Source of the DNA: Marsupella aquatica
Lineage: Eukaryota; Plantae; Marchantiophyta
Direction: 5' to 3'
NCBI GenBank assembly: GCA_973895155.1
Contig: CCZZQB010000056.1
Span: 1 to 34,484 of the forward strand
DNA length: 34,484 bases
Of the stretch, positions 11,671-20,900 are shown piece after piece. A program made the translations under genes and the position numbers. The notes under the pieces are model-generated. The model was not told the origin of the DNA, ran no database searches, and worked only from the letters and a program-made list of their open reading frames with translations. Each line of letters opens with the position of its first letter. The first letter of the stretch is position 1.

Positions 11671-13113
11671 ATGGCAAAACGAAAGTTTTGGAAAGTGAAC
11701 AAACAAATGAAGGAAGATGGCAAATATGAGTATGAGAAAATGAAATTTGCAATGGACGTTTTCATTCAAATTTTTTCAGCGATCATGATATTGCATCCAC
11801 GTTCACAAAAGTTTGCCATGTTATTTCTTCTTCAAGAAGATAATATTTTTCAAGCATTTGTACAAAATGTATTGAATATTAAACATACTGTATCGAAAGC
11901 AATGATATATAATGCTTACTATAGATTTAAAGAAATTGGACCACCAAAAACCTTTACTTCTTGCGCATGGGAGAATATCTGTGATATTCTCGATCATCAT
12001 TATTCTTTAGATTCAGTACCCTATAGTATAAGAAAATACATCCATTTTCTTAGGTCATCTACCTATATTGAAGAGTGTGTAAAAAGAGAAAAAAATATGC
12101 TAGAGAAAAAAGAAATGGTGTTTGAAAAAATTATTTCCCAATTTTGGTGGGGAAATGTGAATCCAATGGAATTAGTGCAAGGATTTTGGGGAAGAGTTGA
12201 TGATGAAGGTGAATGTTTTTATCGCTTAGAATTAGAAAAAACATTACAAATACTTTCTAGAAGAAAAAACAAAGGGAAAGAAATTGAAATTGAAGAGGCA
12301 CCTATATATAGGGAGCTTCCAATTTCTTACGTTGAAATCCAAAAAACAAAACAGGTTACGGAGATCTATGATAAAATCTCAAGTGAGCTAGTGGGTATCC
12401 ATATTCGCCCTAAAGATGTTCATAAATCTTTTACTATATTGATACGAACTTATCTTAAAGATCTTTTTTGTGCTCATCCAAGTTCAAAAAGATCTAAAAC
12501 TAGAGCATCCTATATGAGTGAAATGGTGGGGTTCGGTCCATTTCACCATACATGGACACCTGGAAAAAATGTTACATCTTTCTACACTCATAGTAATAAG
12601 TTAGTAAAAGCTTCAAAACCTTTAAAAGATTTTGGTAGATTTATTGATCGATTTGCACATGGGGCTGTGGTAGAAATTTTAATGTCTATGTGGTTTAGAT
12701 ATTATCCTACGTTATTACATACTTTTCTTAGATGTTGTAACCCTTACTTAGAAACTTCCCAATATATTAAGGAAGGTGTTGAGATACCATTTTTTGATAA
12801 GCACATGAAGAAGGGACCTCCTGCTTATCAACTATTCATTACTAGAGATTATTGTTCACGTTTTCATGTGGACAATGATAGGACAGAGTGGACACTAGCA
12901 TATACTAGTCACCCTGATGAACATATTTCACCAGTTGATTTTGTATTTGCCAAACATGGATTTATATTACCTTTGCATAATGGTGATTTATTTGCATTCA
13001 AAGGCAAACATCTCCATGGTATGGCTTTTAGAAAACCAACAGAAAATCCTGCATATATTGCAGCTTTAGTTATGAATAGTGGCTTAGGACAATTATTAAA
13101 TAGAATAGAGTAA
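11671..13113 (+). CDS. TET/JBP-like Fe(II)-dependent dioxygenase, paralogue B (480 aa)
   Basis: Intact ORF. H399-V-D401 is at 12865-12873 and H449 at 13015-13017. The 50-residue His-to-His spacing matches Naegleria Tet1 and trypanosome JBP1. It also has the DFVF..HG..LPLHNGDLFAF strand pattern and an upstream MVGFGP motif shared with paralogue A (MTGYGP). Confidence 0.78.
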   Translation: MAKRKFWKVNKQMKEDGKYEYEKMKFAMDVFIQIFSAIMILHPRSQKFAMLFLLQEDNIFQAFVQNVLNIKHTVSKAMIYNAYYRFKEIGPPKTFTSCAWENICDILDHHYSLDSVPYSIRKYIHFLRSSTYIEECVKREKNMLEKKEMVFEKIISQFWWGNVNPMELVQGFWGRVDDEGECFYRLELEKTLQILSRRKNKGKEIEIEEAPIYRELPISYVEIQKTKQVTEIYDKISSELVGIHIRPKDVHKSFTILIRTYLKDLFCAHPSSKRSKTRASYMSEMVGFGPFHHTWTPGKNVTSFYTHSNKLVKASKPLKDFGRFIDRFAHGAVVEILMSMWFRYYPTLLHTFLRCCNPYLETSQYIKEGVEIPFFDKHMKKGPPAYQLFITRDYCSRFHVDNDRTEWTLAYTSHPDEHISPVDFVFAKHGFILPLHNGDLFAFKGKHLHGMAFRKPTENPAYIAALVMNSGLGQLLNRIE

Positions 13114-15385
13114 ATTAGATATGTTTCAGGTATCATGAAACAAACTTTAATGTATCTTTTTAGAAACAATTATGAAATTTATTAAATATGTATTTAATAT
13201 TTGGACCAATTTAGTTTAGGATTGTAATTGTAATATAAATACTTATGTTTGACAAAATCTTTATGTATATTGACTTACTTTAGAAAATAATTTACAACTC
13301 TTATAGCTCTAGAAGTTAATAGGCCTAGGGTAGAGTAGGTAAAATCTATAAGGCAAAACTAACACACCCAAATAAATCAAAATTATCCCACCTTATGTAG
13401 ATAATTTGCGTAGCCAGAGGCCTTTATTGGGTCAGCCTACTCAGGCACCAACTATATATGCAGCCCAAATGCCAACTCTACAGTCCAAATAGGTTAATTG
13501 GCTAGTTAATGCTACAAACTTTCCATGACCTTGGGTGGAGGGTTTGAAGACCTTTGGTGGAGGGCTTGAAGGGGTTTAGGGAGATTTAAACCAAGGAGAA
13601 GTAGGGCAAGTTTCGGGATGTGTTTGTATTTCAGGTGTCTGATGCTCATAATTAGACCATCCTCAGTCCAAGCGGGGACATTAAAACTCTCCTTCTCAAT
13701 TAAAAGCCTGTGATGCAGCAGGCTATGAATGGGCTATGACCATAGAAAACACATTAGAAATTGTCAGAATTGCAAATCAAAGACAATGTCCAACGTCATG
13801 GTTGTAAATCAACGTTGTTTTTAGGCACAAAATAAGCATCAACTCTGCGCTGCCCTATCCTGTGCTTTACTGCTCTCCATCCATGGCCGTTCTCAATTGA
13901 AGAAGCATCGAGACGATCAACCCAGATGTTTAGAGAAAAAGGAGGCATACTCTGTACTATGATTACTGCTTCTTTATTACCGGTCGACTACTGTCAATCC
14001 ATATTTGATGCTACATGTTTTGCAGCACAAGAGCTCTCCTTAGGGTCACTGTTTGTTAGTGTCATCCATGCCTCCCGGGTAGTAGATGTGCTGTGTGTTG
14101 ATCTCCTGAACGGGGCGCACATTTGGCATAAGCCGCAGGAACATCACAAACCAAAAGTCCGTCATATCATTTCGATTGCACCAATTTCATTTGATCAGGG
14201 TTAACTCTTCAATTTGATAACAGGCTCCATAACTACCAACCAGAAGCCAAGTGTCAATCTCTTCTTGTGAAAAACAAGTGAATGCTCACCTCAAGGGTCT
14301 TGCCGTCTCCACGACTGTAGCGTGGGCAGAGTGGTAGTAAATTTTGGCAGAGACATCCACGGTTCCTCGTCGATGTCTACGGAGCTCTGGTTGGCTCCCT
14401 CGCTGCATTTGTTCCATTCTCTAGACAACTCTCCCTAGTGAGCAGGCCCATTGGGCCCTTCACTATAATCTCATTCGATATCTGGACCGACACAAGACCC
14501 CCCAAAAATCAATGATGTGTGGAACCACTATGGCATTGAACTCGAACCGAGCTTTGATGGTGAGTACGCTCTGCAAAGTCTGAAGAAAAGAAGTTTACTG
14601 TGAATGTACCTGATTTGGTCAGCACAGATTGTAAACCAGATGAAAATAGCCCCGAGAGGTTGGACTGTCGGACAGGGGCCGGGGGCTGTCGTCTCTTAAT
14701 GCTCTCAAAATTGTTTCACTCTTTGGTGAATTATAGGTGAAGCAAGATACAACACAGAGTCCTCAAGAGTATTTTGAGCCTGGTCCAATGTGAGCTGGAA
14801 AATCGCTTGGTTCCGTGGGGGCAAAGTAGAGTAATGTTATTAGTTAATAGAGGATTTAGACGGTTATCATATGCTTCAATTGTTACGAGCTTATTTGCAT
14901 TAGACAAGCACAAAGAGAGCGTTGCAAATGGTCTCTCGCTTAATTCTTTGGCAAAAACAGAGTCAATTTTGACTATCATATATTTTATTCTGAGGTTTGG
15001 TTTTGTTCTCTCTCAATGCGTGATCATCAATGGTTTGATTCACCTTTGACGGTTGTTTCACGAAGACGATTGAAAGTTTATGTATTGAGGTGAATGTGGC
15101 AACCCCAATTGCTCTACAGATCTGGTATTCTGCTGAAGAAACCATTCATGCCGTCAAAACCTGACAAGTCACAAGTTTAGGGTCATCATTTATTTTGGTA
15201 CTGTTGTGAATGTCTGTTTCAAGGAGATTACAATTGAATTTGCTCTCCTGACACAGCAACTGAAGCGCAATATATATATTCCTAGATTAGTTGATCTTGA
15301 ACGCAAAAGTCTCCTTTTTGGATAGCCTACATGTTCAAATGAAACAGAAACAAAGGGTACGTAGTTTGAGACTCTAGATCATAGA

Positions 15386-16721
15386 CCCTTGCTCTGGGCA
15401 CTGCGGCTGAGACAAAGCAGGCTTAAGGATGAAGTCGGTGATGATCTCCAGAATGAAGGATTGCCTGTCTTTACCAGCGGGTAGAATGGCCCCGAGATGC
15501 CCATGATCCCTGAAGATAGCCTGAGACAATACCCTGCACAGATTCCAACCGCTATTTGACCGCCAATGTAGAATGGCACCTGTGGTGTACAGCATTGCAA
15601 TTGACCCCTGGGTTTAGTGCAATCCATCATCTGTTGTTGATTTGACTTGATCTCGATCCTCTACGACCCCGTACCCAACTTCCACTAAAGAATATGCTTG
15701 ATGGAAAGATTGCTTATCTAGGCAAGCATTCTGGCAAAAGCACTCACATCTTTCCAGGGAAAATGCCGCACAGTTGCAAAGGCAACGGTGACCGAAGGAT
15801 TCAAGTGTGCACCTGAAATGTGACCCACTGCATATATCATGTTCATGACAACAATCCCAAAAGATAAAGACATGCCCACATGCGTCACGGCTCCATTGAT
15901 CGAGCTTCGCATCCACTACCGCAGATCCACAATCAGTGAACACCAGGATGAAAGTAGCAATGATTTCTGCTCCAACCTGCTTCAATACAAGGATTTCTCC
16001 TGGTTAGCTGGTGAGATTGGCCGTTGGCATTGTTCTCCTCAAGGGATGTGGTCTTCACTCACTTATTGCATTGACCCCATTGAGGATGTCTACGTTCAGA
16101 TTCATTTCGTTCGTATAAGCTTCAAAGGAATGTTATTTAGCTTCCCAACAGCAATACTGCGGACAGTATCACAAGCTCCCAAGTATTAATCGGGATTAAT
16201 TACAAGGACTTATGTGAGGACTGGGTAGAGGGGTCCATGACATTCATTTGAAACTTTTAAAAAAGCCTGTAGTAGTCCTCACCGAGAAGTTCAGAGCGAG
16301 TGCTTTCAATGCAGCATGCAAGCCAAAAAAGATTAATGTGCGAGGAAGAGGTTCCAAGATGTGGTAATTGCCAAAAAGATGAGAGATCTTGAGAAACTAT
16401 GCTACTACAAAAACAAGCTAGCATAGTACAGAGATGAAATTTATCAGTGTGCAACCGGTAGTAGGAACTTACCTTTCGCATAAGACATGTATATGGCAAT
16501 TTCAAGGATCCCAAATATCCACACCCTGGTTGTTCGTCTGCGAGAGGCATATCGACGGTCTGGTCAAGGGGAGAATTCTCAAATCGCTGGCTCAATGACG
16601 GATGTTTTGCTGCAGCAGGAGGAACGTCAGTTGGAACACGGGTATCGTTCCCCAACACATAATGGTCCTTGGCTTGCAGTTTTGCTCTTCCTGCCATCTG
16701 GTCGTTCGAATGATCTGCCAT
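15386..16721 (-). pseudogene. NIP: NIP (nodulin-26-like intrinsic protein) aquaporin pseudogene: exons 16721-16473, 15976-15748 and 15579 to about 15386
   Basis: Exon 1 is MADHSND...YTCLMRK|gtaagt. Exon 2 is cag|VGAEIIATFILVF..., then a frameshift near 15903, then GHISGAHLNPSVTVAFATVRHFPWKD|gtgagt. Exon 3 is cag|VPFYIGGQ..., then a frameshift, then LPAGKDRQSFILEII. Both introns are phase 0 at the usual NIP positions. The exons with the second NPA box were not found. Confidence 0.9.
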
Positions 16722-17229
16722 TTTTCTGGCTGCAAACAGATTGTCGTCTGCTTACAAGTAGTTCTGGCACCTGCAGCACGTACGTACCGGCACCTAACGA
16801 TGATCCTCTACCGTTACATACATTGACATCCTTAATTGGAAGGAGCCAGACAGTGCAGCAACCCCACTACTGTGAACTCGTTAACCCGTGAAGAAGTAAT
16901 TCTGGCTCGTTCAACTTGGGATGTCAGAACAGGACTGCAATATAGGTCATGCACATGCGTGCACAATTGTAAGAGAGCAACGATGAAGAAAGCTGAAGCT
17001 TCATTGATTGCGGAATCCCACAAATCGATCACCACACAAACCTATTCTCTAATGAGACAACCAGTCATTCTCAATCCTGATATCTCTCACACTAGCACAC
17101 TTCGCCCCTTGTAACATTCGATTGTGCTGACAGGTCTAGCTAGGCAGCAAGTATCACAATCACCACTTCCACATTTGTGACTTCTAGTCGGTCCCTCCCT
17201 CTGTCTGAGACCATAAAACTTAGCATGTA

Positions 17230-17263
17230 GACCCCAGTTGCCACCATGATTTCACAACCCTTC
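17230..17263 (-). repeat. 34-bp exact copy of helicase coding sequence (18959-18992)
   Basis: GACCCCAGTTGCCACCATGATTTCACAACCCTTC is identical at both loci and encodes KGCEIMVATGV (around helicase motif V). Confidence 0.9.
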
Positions 17264-17911
17264 TATATTCCCAACCTCTGTCAGCCCTTGCACTCTCTAG
17301 CTCCATTTGGGACCCTTTTTGAAAAGTGGGAACAAAGATTGAAGACTACTTCTGCCCCCCTTGGGGCCTCTCTCCTCGACCAGTGAGAAGAAGGACAAGA
17401 CAAAGTTTAGGGTGGAGAATGAATACTGCACATCAAAGCACCGAGAGGGGGGGGGGGGAACGGAGCAGAGAAATAAACTCAGTGATTTAGTTTTCACAGG
17501 CCTGCCAAGGCAAGATGCATGAAACAAGCTCTCTAATACCATGATGAATTTTGAATACTTTACTCAACTTGATCATCCCACGTAAAGTTAACAAGAAATA
17601 GCTTTGCCCCAAACTGACTCCTAAGTCACAAAATAGGAGTAGGAAATAATCTGGGTCTAACAAAGCATATCCTATTTAAACTTCAAACAGCTAGAGAGAG
17701 CTGACCTGCATGCCAATGTGATCTACATTAAGAAACCGAAGCTAAAGTATGGATCTCTCCCCTGAAACTTTCCCACCGAACACCATACTTCCATCTAAGT
17801 AGTCTGATATTCATTTCACCCTTCATCTCCTGAACTTCACTTTTGAAATCTTCCAAGTAATTTACCACACTGTCCGGCCTCTATAAGAATTCTTCTCAAT
17901 TCTCTGATTGA

Positions 17912-20900
17912 TCACCGAAATTCAGGATACTTGATCCTCACAATGGTTGCTACAAGACGCATAAAATTGTTGCCCAGAGCCTCAGGACTTGTAGACACAA
18001 CCCATTCACACAGCTCCTGGTCACTTTTCCCTTTGATTTCAGGAATTGCTCGGAATAAATCGCTCTGTATGTTATCAAATCGCCATGCCTTCCACACAAA
18101 AAGCCGCAATCTCTCTCCTGATTCATCTTCACACTGATCTCCATACAGCCCTTCATGAAATCTCATCCCACTAGGCTGGTGTGGGAAGTGACACTTGAAA
18201 CAAGTGTCTGGTCGAGAAGGAAACTTGTTATCGCAATTTGCACGGTTGTGTGTTCCTAGACACTTCACACATCGTCCCCGTACATAAGGACATTGCAAAA
18301 TACCATGAGGAACACTCTTTGAGAGGGGACTCCAACACATCAAGCACTTTTTCCTATCCCCAGCAAATTTACGGATGATACAAATCTTATTCATGGCTTC
18401 GTCAATTCTTTGTTTGATGAGTGTTGGTCGAGCTCTTGCCACAACCGTGGTTGTGGTTCCTTTGCCTTGGGATGATCCGAGTGATGATGCTGGTGTTGTT
18501 CTTTCACCTGGTGCTGTAACCCTAACACTCTGTCCTCCTTGTATGTTTTGGGAGATGCTCCCCTGAGATACAATTTCAACCACTTCTGACCTAGCTTGTG
18601 ATAATTCTTCGGCCTCATATTCCATTGGTAGTTCCTGATTGTCTGCTGCTTGGGAGCATATGTCACAAGGAATTGCATCCGGGATGAGGTAACACATCTG
18701 TGGCTTACCATCAACGCTAGCATGTAGTGCAAAGCGACGACACATTTTTGTCTCCTCAATCCATTTGTTTGGAATCTTGAAGTTGGAGTCCATCCTCAAG
18801 GCCTCATTGCGGTAGCTGGAGTTAGAAACAACAGTGCTTATTGCTAATAAACCATCACGCCCAGCTCGGCCAGATTCCTGATGAAATTGCTCAAAGGACC
18901 TGAAATTACCTCTGTGAATTACAAGTCTGATTGACTTGTAATTATAGCCAGAACCAATGACCCCAGTTGCCACCATGATTTCACAACCCTTCGACTCCCA
19001 CTTCTTCAAGGTTTTCACGGTGTCTGCTGTGCTACATCCTGCATGCAAAAATGTATAGCACAAGTTCCTGGCTTCGAGTAGCTTTGCCATCTCTTGGACT
19101 TCATCTCTTGTTAGGCAATAGACAATGGCCCGGTCATGAACCAGGCTAGATCTCTTCCAATCTTGAAGCTGTCTAACTATTTCTCCATCCATGTCAGGCA
19201 CTTCCACAACCATGTATCGGATGTTTGGCCTAACAGTAGAAGAACGAACCCAATGTAATCTTGAACCCAAAGTCAGTTCGATATCAGATTGTTGTGTGGG
19301 TGGTAATGTCGCTGTTAATCCTATAATTTGACAGGGAACTTTCATTAGAGAAATCAGATTTCTCATTTTTGGACGGAAATGACACTGTAGTGTATGAATC
19401 TCATCAAAAACAATCGAATGCAATCTTTGTGTAGCTTGCAAGTGGTTTGCAAAGACACCAAATGTATCTGAATCAGCTGCAGTCTCGATAGATACAAAAA
19501 CAATTGCAGGTGTTACTCCTATCCCGAGTGCAAATCCACTTGTAAACACAGTGTGACCAATTCCTGCTTTTCTGCATTCAGATAAGTGACCCGATATGAG
19601 AGATTTGAATGGGACTACCACAATCACTGTTTTGTCCATCAATGTGGAAGGGGCCATGAAAATCAATGACTTTCCTGTTCCAGTGGGAAGTACAGTTACA
19701 AAATCCACAGTGTTTTCAATAGCCAAAGCAACAGAGATTGCTTGTTCAGTTGACCTCCACCTTTTGTGACCCAACTTGTGTAGAGCTATGGAAGCTCTTA
19801 TACTTGTGTCGTGACAGATGTGCAGTGCCGAATCAACATCTCCCACAACTGATGTTGATGGTTCTCCATAGGCAGGGCAATAAACAACCCTTGTCTTGCT
19901 TGGAACATGATCAATTTCAAGCTCAATGTCATGACGTGGACGTAGAACAGTAGTGGTTCTTGGAAAAGGATCTAGTGTGACTTCCCTGCAACCTGTTGTT
20001 GAGCTATCCAGATGAATCAATCTTGGGGACTTATCCGAAAGATTAAGCAATGCATGCCACTTATCTGTAAATATTCGGAATGCTCTCAAGAGATGTCCAT
20101 CAATAGCTCTTAAATCTTTTACACTTTGAGCATAATGATGTCCCATTGTAGCTGTTGTATGTCCACCTGCCACATCTACAATATCATCAAGATCTTGAGT
20201 GCGTTGGTCTCGAATCTTTTCTGAAAAAAATGCTGCTAGGTGTCGGTATTCTGAAAGCCCGAATGTGACTCCACAACGCTTAAAGAAATTGTTGTGTATG
20301 CTCTTGGAAAGATCATGTGCATCTTGCTTTTTATCCATATCAACGAACCAACAATCATCATAATTACGGGCAACCTCCTTTCCCCATATTTTCTGTGCAA
20401 CATAAGATTGTGTAGGCCTCACCAAACAAAAGTATACCAGAAACAGAGTTCTTAAAGAACTTGGAAGAAACCGTATAAGTGGTTTCATTGGAGCACCTGT
20501 ATTTGCACCTTTATGATAGGTTTGAAAGAGCGCTATTGTATGATGCTCTAACAATTTTGTTGTTGGATCATCATCTGGGCCTGCTGTTGCCCAATAAAAT
20601 GACCTCTCGCTTGTGGCTGTGTTGCGAATCAAGAAACTGTTGTACTCTTCGCCCCTTGCTGGTAGACCGGCAGTGAAATGTATAAGCAGATTCAATTTTT
20701 CTTGTAAATCAGAGCAAGCAGTCATCCACTTATAAAGTGTGATATCATTCCAAATGACATCATTTCGATCTGTCCGCCCGAGAATAAAGTGTCCTCTAAT
20801 CTTAGGATCAACAAACAAGTGTGTTAGTAGATCGAGGCCATGTTGCTGAAGAATCCGGTTGCGAGGATCTATGACAAAGTTGTACCCAACTTCTGTGTTG

